Of a DNA stretch of 64,000 nt, positions 23,174 to 34,251 are shown one piece after another. The stretch is taken from NCBI RefSeq assembly GCF_963921235.1, contig NC_086098.1, forward strand, positions 154,442,001-154,506,000, read 5' to 3'. How positions within the stretch are numbered: position 1 is the first letter of the stretch; each line of letters opens with the position of its first letter. The translations under genes were made by a program, and so were the position numbers. This stretch comes from Mobula hypostoma (Eukaryota). Under the pieces are notes generated by a model, which did not search any database, was not told the origin of the DNA, and saw only the letters and a list, made by a program, of their open reading frames with translations.

Positions 23174-24455
23174 TATAAGACCACAAGCTATAGGAGCAGA
23201 GGTAGTCCATTCGGCTGATCGAGTCTGCTCCAGCATTGAATCATGGGCTGATCCAATTCTTCCAGTCATTGCCATTCCTCTGCCTTCTCCCCATACCCTT
23301 TCATGCCCTGGCTAATCAAGAACCTAGCTATCTCTGCCTTAAATGCACCCAATGACTTGGCCACCACATCCGCTTGTGGCAACAAATTCCACAGATTTAT
23401 CACCCTCTGACCCTAAAATAATTTCTCCGCATCTCTAAATGGACGTCCTGCAATCTTGAAGTGGGGCCCTCTTGTCCTAGACTCCCCTGCTATGGGAAAT
23501 AACTTTGCCATATCTAATCTGTTCAGGCTATTTCACATTCAGAATGTTTCTATGAGATTCCCCACCATTCTCCTGAACTTCAGTGAATACAGACCAAGAG
23601 CTGCCAGGCGTTGCTCATATGGTAACCCTTTCATTCCTGGAATCATTCTCGAGAATCTTCTCTGAACCCTCTCTAATGTCAGTATATCATTTCTAAAATA
23701 AGAAGCCCAAACCTGTGCACAAGTGTGGTCTCATTAGTACCTTATAGAGTCACAACTTCATAGCCCTGGTCTTATAGTCTATATCTCTAGAAATAAATGC
23801 CAATATTGCATTCGCCATCTTCACCACCGACTAAACCTGGAGGTTAACGTTTAGGGTATCGTTCACAAGGAATCCCAAGTCCCTTTGCATCTCTGCATTT
23901 TGAGTTCTCTTTCCATCTAAATAATAGTCTTCCTATTTATTTCTTCCACCAAAGTGCATGACCATACACTTTCTAAAATTGCATTTTATTTGCCACTTCT
24001 TTGCCCATTCCCCTTAGCTATCTAATTCTCTCTGCAGGCTCTTTGTTTGCTTAATACTACCCACTCTTCCACCTATCTTTGTATCATTGGCAAATTTAGT
24101 CACAAATCCAATAATCCCATAGTCCAAATCTTTGACATACATGGTAAAAAGCAGTGGTCCCAACACCGACTCCTGTGGAACTCCACTGGTAACTAGCAGC
24201 CAGACAGAATAGGATCCCTTTATTCCTACTCTCTGCTTTCTGCCGACCAGCCAATGCTCCACCCAGGCTAGTAACCTCCCTGAAATTCCATGGACTCTTA
24301 TCTTGCTAAGCAACCTCATGTGGCACCTTGTCAAAGGCCTTCTGAAAATCCAAGTAGGCCAAATCTACTGCATCTCCTTTGTTTACCCTGGTTTGTAATT
24401 TCCTCAAAAAACTGCAGTAGGTCTGTCAGTCAGTATTTTCCTTTTGGGAATGCCA
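23174..24455 (-). mobile_element. 5'-truncated CR1 LINE present only in unit 1
   Basis: Minus ORF 24014-24334 (GVPQESVLGPLLF, KFANDTK). The CR1 tail begins at ~23174. Confidence 0.85.
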
Positions 24456-26055
24456 TTCTGTATTCACTGTAATCCTTACAGCAATTCTTCGCAATATTGT
24501 TCCTCTCCGCCCAACTACATGCATTCTTTGCGATCTCATTTCTTAATTGTAATCATCGACATCAGCCACTTCTGCTTAGTCAGCCGGTGGGGAGAAGCAG
24601 ATGACGTACAGCATAGTGTTTAATTTCTGCGTGATATCCATGTATAATACATCATTGGATTGAGGTAAATGGTAGTTCCTCGAGTAACTTCATCCGAAAT
24701 GTTCATCATTTTGCTCTTAGCATCTTTGGTGTGTCAGTCCTCTTGGAGAAATGGCCATAAATAGGGAAAATATTTCATATATAAAATCTGAATTTAGTTT
24801 AATTTTGTGATTCTGGCTAATGGAAGATACCACCTCTTCTTTGGGCAGACACAACGGTCGGATTGACTGACCAGGGCCTGTCTTTTATTTGCTTACATTA
24901 ACAGTCTTGTGAAGTTTGCTTTTGGAGTGCGAAGATTATCCAGAGCGTAGATTATTTGGGTTCTTACATATTAGTCTCCGGCTGCAGTTCGATTAAATCT
25001 GTTAGGATACTGAAGACGGTTGGGAGACAAACAACCGCTGGATTGGTGGGTCTGGAGTCCCATCATTAATTTAAAAGCAACTATCATTTGATATTGCGCC
25101 ATCTACATTTGGCCAGTAGCTGGAAATGGTGTTCTCTGCATTTTGCATGCCGGACTATACGGGATGAAATAATAGACACAAGAAATTCTGCAGATGCCGG
25201 AAGTCCAAAGCAACACACACATAATGCTGGAGGAACTCAGCAGGTCAGTCAGCATCTAGGTTTAAATTCAGCTTTGGCAGAGGAGACTTCCATGTTAATA
25301 GCAGTTCCTGCGCAGTGTTCCCAAGCTGAAAAATTAGGGACGGGCAAACCTCCTCGCTGCTTGTGCTACCTATTCCACGGAACTTGTCCTCAAGGACTCC
25401 AAAAGTATCAGATAGCCCCAAGACCGGACGTTTTGTGTATCAGCATAGCGTCTAACAATGGAGCTGGATGAGATGGGTAAAGTAAACACCACTCACAAAA
25501 ATCCTTTCAATCACTCTTGTAACCAAAGCATCGGATAAGGTAAAAATAAAAATCTGTAAGTCACTGAAAAGTTTACTGTTCTAAAAGGCACTGTTTTCAT
25601 AACTTCCCGGCGATGTTCGAAAGAATTACCCAAAGTCGCTCTATGTTTCTACATTTCTTCCTTTCACATACTTAAGTAATCTATTAACCACTGAAATTAA
25701 TCATTATCTCAAACTCTTCAGGCTACCAGTGAGTCAGTACCTTCCAAATGCAGTGAAGGGGCTTATAGCTAATATGCTCTATTTAAACGGGTGAACATAA
25801 AACAGGCCACAAGAAAAGCATCTGTAGGAGCTATGTTCCCTCTAATTTGTCATGAACAGTCTGCGCAAATATCTTGTGCTATGCCATTTTTTGCTAACAA
25901 CATGTGCACAGTGAATTTTAAAGTGGAAGTAAACATGAAGCTAGTCAAAAGATAATAAACTACCAAGTCCCGTTGTTGTTCATTGTCTAAAAGATAGAAA
26001 ACAGCTGTCAGTAAGAACTTTGATCTCCTCTGGGTTTGATCGTTTTCTGTCATGT

Positions 26056-26450
26056 TCATCTGCACTCGCACAAAACATACGTAGCAGACCTGTAGCGAGT
26101 AATGAAGGATTTTCTCGTCGGATTTTCTGGCCTGTAAGTGATCGGCACAACATTGTGGGCCAAAGAGCCTGTAATGTGCTGTAGATTTCTATGCTCTATG
26201 AGCTTGTACACCTCGCCCATATGTGACTTACTTGCTAAATGACACCTTACAGAGTCAAGTTTCCAAATATAACTCCACTTCTTCCCACTTGCAAATTCTC
26301 CAGCAACTTTTGCTCGCGGCAATGGACGCAGGTAACACCAATTTCTGTATTGTACATTAGTATTTCTCGGAGCTGCACATTCCTGGCCTCATGACGTCTC
26401 GGTGTAGCAGTTTCTACTGTTTCCTTCAACCGTTTCGTCTTAAATGAACT
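26056..26450 (-). mobile_element. Degenerate hAT-type transposase N-terminus (ZNF862/TTF zinc-finger-like); paralogous copy at ~57530-57800
   Basis: Merged frames give LMYNTEIGVTCVHCREQKVAGEFASGKKW...KLDSVRCHLASKSH, a C2H2-like CxxC...HxxSxxH pattern. Confidence 0.5.
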
Positions 26451-27549
26451 AGCAGATCTTTTGCGCGTAACGCCCTTTGCTTCTTTGGAATTCGGCTTAG
26501 GGAATTAATAAAGACGTACAAAAAAGTATAAATAAGCCAGTTCGCAAACTTCACCTTGTCTACACCGTCCGCATTAGAAACGAAAATGTGATTGTGTACG
26601 ACCGTGAAATATACCTAACATGCCAGTGAGGCAGAAGGAGACAAGCTTTTGTGCCCAGTTTAAATTCCCTTGTGCGCTCGTAGCAAAAGATGCGTTCTCG
26701 CGCGCAAACCTTACAGGGGATGTTGTGGAGCAGGTTTTCATAATTCACCGCGTAATTTTTGTTTAATCCCAAGCGACCCTCACAGTCTTCGGTCATTAGA
26801 GTACCACAGAATGGAATATTTGAACGTTAGTAAAATAGAAAACTATTTGGCCTTTGAAACCTTCAGGTCTTTTTCCATGTATCGCGATTATGACTGATAC
26901 GTAATTTGAATGTCGTGTTGTCACTCCTAAACAGTAGTCCCGAATCCCAGGAATTATTTGTATCCCTTCTATGGCAAATAGATCCCACCCAATTTCAGGG
27001 CATTGCAATTTTAGAAATATTGCACTCGGTTCCTTCAACCAACTCATTGGAATACATTGCAAATGGGTGTGGCTTAAGCACTGGTTCCTGCAATTAATGA
27101 CTTCCTTCTCTTTAAGTCCTAGTACAGGTATAAGATCCCTGTCAGTCAAGATATTCAAATTTGCCAGTACCTTGCCCCCGTTCCATGTGATTTACTTTTC
27201 GACACTAAACTATGAGGCACAACATTATTACAAACTATTCGCCTGTAATTTCCACCTCCTATCCTAGGCAATCTGCTTACATTTGCGAACGCCAAAGTTT
27301 CTATCACCTGCAAAAGTTTGGGAACGGAGCAACCAGTGAATCCGATCCATCACGTCTACTTACTTCAGTAAACATGGTTGCTTATTATCTGCTGATATTC
27401 GGAGTTTCGTCTGCGTTAATTTACCCAGCACTTCTTTGAACGTTAATCGATGCCTCTCGACAGTCACACCTTTCAATGCAACTCCCCAATTTGTGTTCAT
27501 CGTCATCGTCATTATGTGCCACGTCCTATGACGTGGTCGAACATAAGTC

Positions 27550-27900
27550 TGTGACCATGATTGCTCTTGGCAAATTCTACAGAAGTGGTTTGTCATTGTC
27601 TTCTTCTGGGAAGTATCTTTACAAAACGAGTGACCCCAGCAATTAACAATACTCTTCGGTAGATTAACTGCATGGCGTCGTTGGTCGTATAACCAGGACT
27701 TGTGATATGCTCCTGATGCTCATACGACCATCCCCCACCTGCCCCTATGGTTCACGTGTCCCTGATGGGGGGAGGGGTTAAGCAGATGCTGGTGCGACAT
27801 CTTGCCCAAAGGTGAACTGCAGGCTAGCAGAGCGAAGGAACGCCTTACACCGCCTTTGCTAGAGACGTTCCTCCACGACACCACCCAACCCTGTGATAGC
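27550..27900. repeat. SINE-like insertion shared by both Ig units (second copy ~58875-59220)
   Basis: The same ~350-bp element (GACCATGATTG..., GTGACCCCAGC..., CTTGCCCAAAGGT...) sits at the equivalent position in both units, so it predates the duplication. Confidence 0.6.
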
Positions 27901-28843
27901 GTTGCCATTTCTTATACAATAGCTTCCATCGCTTTCATTTAGACGCCCGGTGTTGATAGTTTCTGAACATTCATTCCATTCTTACAGGCGCAGAAATATC
28001 TGTCTCCCCACCTCTCAGCTCCTCAAGCTTCGTCACACTCGCTCTCTTACCCGTTTACTCGCCCACTGTGGTGTCAACGTTAAGATGGTCGTACTTCCTG
28101 GCTTTAAAGTGGTTCAATTTAATATCAAAAAAATCCACATCCAACCTGAAATTGTTACGCTTCACAGAGTCAACCAGAAGAAAGAAACCCCAAAGAATGA
28201 CTGATAGTGATATTACAACCCCGAACCCTGTCCCCCAACGCAAAAGCAAAAGCGGAAGCATCCACCCAACCCTCCCCTCTCGCCAGTTGCACCAACAGAC
28301 GTACCAACCCCACCCTATAGCCAAAGCCCCCAAAGTGACCTTGATCTACAGTCTCACTGGGTGCATTCTTTCAAGGAACTACTACCCCCAAGATTATCTA
28401 AAAGAGAAAACCTGGCTTAAGTTCTTAAATTGCAGTTGAACGGAAACCTAAGATAATTGCTTTGAACGTTATCCTGTGCCACCCCACTCCGGATAGCACA
28501 CGTGATTTTTTTTTATCTTTACATCTTCAATGTTTGTTTCCATGCAACAATTTATTCGGTTTACAATGTGTCTCTTGGCTGTGCATGAGCCCTTCGCCTG
28601 GAGCAACTGAAACAATTCAGCTACTCCCGTCTGAAGTAATATTTGGTCTCTATCGCTCGCATCTACAAAGAATCTGTTGTTCCTTCCTGCTTTGTCATAC
28701 GGTTTACCCTGACGCTTTGCACTATTTGCCTGGACCGTTTCGCTGTGTTTCTCTCTTGCCTCCCCTGAAGGACTGGATCGGTGTAAATATAAAAATCCTC
28801 TCAGGCCAACTGTTCCGTGTTTTGGTGCAATGTGGGTAGAGTT

Positions 28844-28875
28844 TTGCATGAATAATTAATATGCAGTGACGTAAC
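28844..28875 (+). promoter_or_regulatory. IgL promoter block 1 (inverted octamer-like half sites plus TGACGT CRE-like motif)
   Basis: TTGCATGAATAATTAATATGCAGTGACGTAAC is 31/32 identical to 60137-60168 and lies ~85 bp upstream of the ATG. Confidence 0.75.
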
Positions 28876-28959
28876 AATACTTGGTGTCCCGCTTAAACTT
28901 AAAAGGCGACTTGGAAGGAGCAGAGAACTGAACTTGTGTCGGAAAGCAACACTTTCACC

Positions 28960-29008
28960 ATGTCCGAATGGATTCGGTGTCTTGTCGCACTGGTGGTCTG
29001 CTTCCAAC
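28960..29008 (+). CDS. Ig lambda cluster 1 leader exon
   Basis: CACCATG Kozak context, MSEWIRCLVALVVCFQ plus 1 nt, donor GTAAGT at 29009, 87-nt intron ending CCCCAG at 29095. Confidence 0.9.
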
Positions 29009-29095
29009 GTAAGTACAACGCATAATCTATAATATCGATGCATTTCACTTTGTGTGCATGCATGACAACTCTAAGATTAATTTACATTCCCCCAG

Positions 29096-29437
29096 ATACA
29101 GTCGCAGATTTTGTTTTGACTCAGTCCCCGTCTATCTCAACTTCTGCGGGGAAAACTGTAAAGATCACTTGTACCATGTCAGGAGACAACGTCGGTAGTT
29201 ACTACGCGAGCTGGTACTGGCAGAAACCCGGCAGCGCCCCTGTGTATGTGTGGCATGAAAGCTATGGCAGAGCTTCCGGTATTCCAGAGCGATTTACCGG
29301 TTCCGTAGACTCATCTAGCAGCAAGATGTGCTTAACCATTGACAACGTGCAAGCGGAGGACGACGCCGAATATTACTGCGCTGTAGGTAAAAATTATGTC
29401 ATCACCTTCGGAAAAGGAACCAAACTGAATTTAGGCA
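29096..29437 (+). CDS. IGLV: Germline-joined Ig lambda (type II/NS3-like) VJ exon, cluster 1; open but has no cognate C exon
   Basis: DFVLTQ...ITC...[10 protein letters not shown]...[19 protein letters not shown]. No RSS between V and J. Donor A|GTAAGT at 29438 (phase 1). Confidence 0.92.
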
Positions 29438-29946
29438 GTAAGTGTTTTTTTCCTTCTAATGGTCATTTTATGTTATTTCGGTTTCAAAACGGTGCTTAAG
29501 TTGACTCTTAATTGTTGGGATATTAGCCACTAAAAACATTTCTGAAATCTCTTAGATCGATATAGTGAGTCAGTTTAAAAGGGGAGAAAACATTGTCATT
29601 AAAGGATATTAATTTAGCTTTGCATACATTGACGATTGAGTGTTTTTAAGAACAAGAAATCGAAATGGCGCCTGATATTATTGATGGTGCCGAATCATGA
29701 AGAGGGCATACAAGCCATTTATTACCATGTTACAACAATGTGGCTTCAACTTTGATGGGAAACTGGAAAACACAGGAAAGTAACTTCCAAATGCATTGAT
29801 TTGATTTCCCCAGGGAATGGTGTAAGGCTGAAACAGAGCGACGGAAGTTATTCAGCTGAGAATGGAGAACAAATCTTCCTTCCTCCGCAATATGGACCAA
29901 CGACTTATCCAAATTACATGTAACTTTCCTCATTCCCTGCTGCACA

Positions 29947-30101
29947 AACATTAATTCTTCTTTTTTCAAATCTTTTTATTGTTATATACAGGAAAAATAA
30001 CACGAGTACATCGAAGTAACAACACTGACAATGCCTCAAAAAAAACATTATCTTAAAGATTTGAAAAATAAATTTCAATCTTTTTTAACATTAATTCTTC
30101 T
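29947..30101 (-). mobile_element. Tiny 5'-truncated LINE (probably L1) 3' end with 15-bp TSD in the J-C intron of unit 1
   Basis: AACATTAATTCTTCT at 29947-29961 and 30087-30101. T-run and TTTATT at the left end (poly(A) side on the minus strand). Unit 2 has a single uninterrupted site. Confidence 0.75.
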
Positions 30102-30189
30102 AAACTCTGTTTTCTATTTCCCAGTTCCCTGTCGTTCTTTTCTCCCCTTGTATTTGTTGAATACATTTTCTCCCAGTTAAGAAATTACT

Positions 30190-33100
30190 AACTTGAACTA
30201 CAGGGGGACCAATATCCTTTCAGGGAGGTTTATTAGTGCTATTGGGGAGGCTTTAAACTAGATTTGCAGGGGGATGGGAACCAAAGTACCAGAGCTGACA
30301 GCATGGCTGGGGTGAAAATAAATGTTGTTAAAAGTTCAAGCAAATCCGCTAATAGAAAGGTTGTGAGTGGTGGTAAAAATCTTCTGAGCTGTATATATTT
30401 CAATGCTAGGAGTATTGCGGGGAAGGCGGATGAGTTGAGGGCGTGGATTGACACGTGGAATTATGATGTTGTAGCAATTAGTGAAACTTGGCTACAGGAG
30501 GGGCAGGACTGGCAGCTTAATATTCCAGGGGTCCGATGTTTCAGATATGATCGAGGCAGAGGAATGAAAGATGGGGGAGTAGCATTGCTTGTTAGGGAAA
30601 ATATTACAGCAGTGTTCAGGCAGGACAGATTAGAGGGCTTGTCTACTGAGCCCTTATGGGTGGAGCTGAGGAACAGGAAAGGTACGGCCACATTAGTGGG
30701 TTGTATTACAGACCACCCAATAGTCAACGAGAATTGGAAGAGCAAATCTACAGGGAGATAGCAGGTAACTGTAGGAAACATAAAGTTGTGGTGGTAGGGG
30801 ATTTTAATTTTCCATATATTGATTGGGACTCCCATACTGTTAGGGGTCCAGATGGTTTAGATTTTGTAAAATGTGTTCAGGAAAGTTTTCTAAATCAATA
30901 TATAGAGGGACCAACTAGAGGGGGTGCAATATTGGATCTCCTATTAGGAAACGAGTTAGGACAAGTGATAGAAGTCTGTGTAGGGGAGCACTTTGGTTCC
31001 AGTGATCATAACACCATTAGGTTCAACTTGATCATGGACAAGGATAGATCTGGTCCTAGGGTTGAGGTTCTTAACTGGAAGAAGACCAAATTTGAAGAAA
31101 TCAGAAAGGATCTAAAAAGCGTGGATTGGGACAAGTTGTTCTCTGGCAAGGATGTGATCGGTAGGTGGGAAGCCTTCAAAGGAAAAATCTTGCGAGTGCA
31201 GAATTTGTATGTTCCTGTCAGGATTAAAGGCAAAGTGAATAGGAATAAGGAACACACATCAAAGTTGCTGGTGAACGCAGCAGGACAGGCAGCAGCTCTA
31301 GGAAGAGGTACAGTCGACGTTTCAGGCCGAGACCCTTCGTCAGGAATAAGGAACCTTGGTTCTCAAGGGATATTGCAAATCTGATAAAGAAGAAGAGGGA
31401 GTTGTATGACATGTATAGGAAGCAGGCAGTAAATAAGGTGCTTGAAGAGTATAAGACGTGCAAGAAAATACTTAAGAAAGAAATCAGGAGGGCTAAAAGA
31501 AGACATGAGGTTGCCTTGGCAGTCAAAGTGAAGGATAATCCAACGAGCTTTTACAGGTGAGATTAAGAGCAAAAGGATTGTAAGGAATAAAATTGGTCCT
31601 CTTGAAGATCAGAGTGGTCGGCTATGTGCGGAACCAAATGAAATGGGGGAGATCTTAAATAGGCTTTTTGCGTCTGTATTTACTAAGGAAACTGGCATTA
31701 AGTCTATGGAATTAGGGGAAACAATTAGTGAGATCATGGAAACTGTACAGATCGAAAAGGAGGAGGTCCTTGCTGTCTTGAGGAAAATTAAAGTGGCTAA
31801 ATCCCCGGGACCTGACGACCTGTTCCTCGGACCTTGAAAGAGACTAGCGTTGAAATTGCAGGGGCCCTGGCAGAAATATTTAAAATGTCGCTGTCTACAG
31901 GTGAGGTGCTAGAGGATTGGAGAGTGGCTCATGTTGCTCTGTTGTTTAAAAAAGGATCGAAAAGTAATCCGGGAAATTATAGGCCGGTAAGTTTAATGTG
32001 GGTAGTAGGTAAGTTATTGGAGGGAGTACTGAGAGACAGAATCTACAAGCATTTGGATAGATAGGGACTTATTAGGGAGAGTCAACATGGCTTTGTGCGT
32101 GGTAGGTCATGTTTGACCAATCTCTTGGAGGTTTTCGAGGAGGTTACCAGGAAAGTGGATGAAGGGAAGGCAGTGGATATTGTCTACATGGACTTCAGTA
32201 AGTTTAGCCTTTGACAAGGTCCCGCATGGGAGGTTAGTTAGGAAAATTCAGTCGCTAGGTATACATGGAGAGGTGGTAAATTGAATCAGACATTGGCTCA
32301 ATGGAAGAAGCCAAAGAGTGGTAGTAGAGAATTGCTTCTCCGAGTGGAGGCCTGTGACTAGTGGTGTGCCACAGGGATCGGTGCTGGGTCCATTGTTATT
32401 TGTCATCTATATCAATGATCTGGATGATAATGTGGTAAATTGGATCAGCAAATTTGCTGATGATACAAAGCTTGGAGGTGTAGTAGACAGTGAGAAAGGT
32501 TTTCAGAGCCTGCAGAGGGACTTGGTTCAGCTGGAAAAATGGGCTGAAAAATGGCAGATGGAGTTTAATGCAGACAAGTGTGAGGTATTTCACGTTGGAA
32601 GGTCAAACCAAGGTAGAACATACAGGATTAATGGTAAGGCACTGAGGAGTGCAGTGGAACAGGGGGATCTGGGAATACAGATACAAAATTCCCTAAAAGT
32701 GGCGTCACAGGGTCGTAAAGAGAGCTTTTGGTACATTGGCCTTTATTAATCAAAGTATTGAGTCTAAGAGCTGGAATGTTATGATGAAGTTGTATAAGGC
32801 ATTGGCGAGGCCGAATCTGGAGGATTGTGTTCAGTTTTGGTCACCAAATTACAGGAAGGATATAAATAAGGTTGAAAGAGTGCAGAGAAGGTTTACAAGG
32901 ATGTTGCCCGGACTTGAGAAACTCAGTTACAGAGAAAGGTTGAATAGGTTAGGACTTTATTCCCTGGAGCGTAGAAGAATGAGGGGAGATTTGATAGAGG
33001 TACATAAAATTATGATGGCTATAGATAGAGTGAATGCAAGCAGGCTTTTTCCACTGAGGCAAGGGGAGAAAAAAACCAGAGGACATGGGTTAAGGGTAAG

Positions 33101-33372
33101 GGGGAAAATGTTTAAAGGGAACATTAGCGGGGGCTTCTTCACACAGAGAGTGGTGGGAGTGCGGAACGAGCTGCCAGACGAGGTGGTAAATGTGGGTTCT
33201 TTTTTAACATTTAAGAATAAATTGGACAGATACATGGATGGGAGGTGTATGGAGGGATATGGCCCATGTGCAGGTCAGTGGGACTAGGCAGAGAATGGTT
33301 CGGCACAGCCAAGAAGGGCCAAAAGGCCTGTTTCTGTGCTGTAGTTTCTATGGTTCTATGGTTGTATGGTTT
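30190..33372 (+). mobile_element. CR1 LINE (end of ORF1 plus frameshifted ORF2 EN-RT) occupying the position of the deleted C exon
   Basis: CIYFNARSI, ISETWL, VGDFNFP, SSDHN, GVPQGSVLGP, KFADDTK; (TATGGTT)n-like tail. No TSD: the flanks match sites ~2.7 kb apart in unit 2. Confidence 0.92.
31254..31345 (-). repeat. Short Penelope/retrozyme-like repeat carrying a minimal hammerhead ribozyme core, inserted in the CR1
   Basis: Flanked by AGGAATAAGGAAC at 31241-31253 and 31342-31354. Minus strand reads CTGACGA-AGGGTCTCGGCCT-GAAAC-GTC-GACT. Related pieces occur at ~25190-25260, ~50140-50230 and ~63310-63480. Confidence 0.65.
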
Positions 33373-33373
33373 A

Positions 33374-33445
33374 GACGTTGCCTGTTTGAATTTCGTGGAT
33401 ACATTTTCAGTCACAGCACATAAACTGTGATCGCGTGAATGCTTT
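33374..33445 (+). other. 3' flank of cluster 1, homologous to sequence just downstream of the C exon of cluster 2
   Basis: Ungapped 60/72 match to 63929-64000. Confidence 0.88.
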
Positions 33446-34251
33446 ATCTGTGGTATGCCAGTGTAATTTCATAAGTGGAGAAATGTAATAAAATCTCTTA
33501 TCTCCCATATTGACCTAAACTTTCGTACTAACAATAGTAATATTTTGAATATCTGAGTATTTATAAAGGATGATTACCAGAAATCGATATTTGTGTAGAC
33601 GTGTTAGGGAATTTTGGTAGGGCTGGTGGGTGGCTGTGAGCGTAGAATCAGTGAAAGGATGATTCCCAAAGGAAACCAAGCGCCGTCCATCTGAATCGTC
33701 AGTTCTGCGCTTACTATTAGCGCCATTTCACCATTTAAATGCTTCCAGCCTTTTCTCTCTTTATTCCAGAATTAGGGCGACTGCAGCATTTTCTTAGCTG
33801 TATGTTTCTAGAAAGGGTATTGCGTGAAGTTAATAAGTCATAATAAATCCCACTCACGAAAGTTCCCTGGAAAAGACTGCAAAATACACGCCCAATATGC
33901 CCTCTATTAAAACGTTTCGTTATTTCTGAAAGTCGCCCACATTGACAAACGACCATCTAAAAACTGAAAAATAATCTATTCAAATGGAGAGAAAAGTCAA
34001 TCCTGTGCCACAACAACTCGGATCTCATTACTCACTAAACTGATAAAAGCCGCGGAGTTGCACAATTACCAGTGCCCCAGTAGTAGAGCTGGGTCATGCA
34101 CTTTCGGAATTCCGCGCTCATGCGTACATCCGGAAACACGCCAATAATAACCTGCCATCTCCGCCAGGGAAATAATTGTAAAAGTAACATTGTAGGAATC
34201 ATTTAGCTCCTGCTAGTACCCGGACAACAAGCATCCAATCCATTAACGTTT

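Larger units (their letters stand above)
22590..30188 (+). repeat. Ig light-chain cluster unit 1, paralogous to 56290-61185
   Basis: Collinear similarity (roughly 75-85% by eye) through LINE tail, hAT remnant, SINE, promoter, leader, VJ and the first ~0.45 kb of shared J-C intron. Unit-1-only inserts at ~23170-25390 and 29947-30101. Confidence 0.9.

Noticed and set aside
28064-28070. CACTGTG/CACAGTG heptamers (also near 6113, 14368, 35955, 36881) as recombination signal sequences
   Set aside because: None has a nonamer at 12 or 23 spacing and none borders a V or J segment. Most lie inside transposons.
29038-29095. ORF-track starts at 29038, 60347 and 63522 giving longer N-termini for the V and C ORFs
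   Set aside because: These starts are intronic. Proper AG acceptors lie at 29095, 60392 and 63552, and separate leader exons exist.
29438-29499. Read-through tail [20 protein letters not shown] as a designed secreted V-only protein
   Set aside because: The same SKCFFPS read-through exists in intact cluster 2 and simply reflects the donor sequence. There is no evidence of selection.
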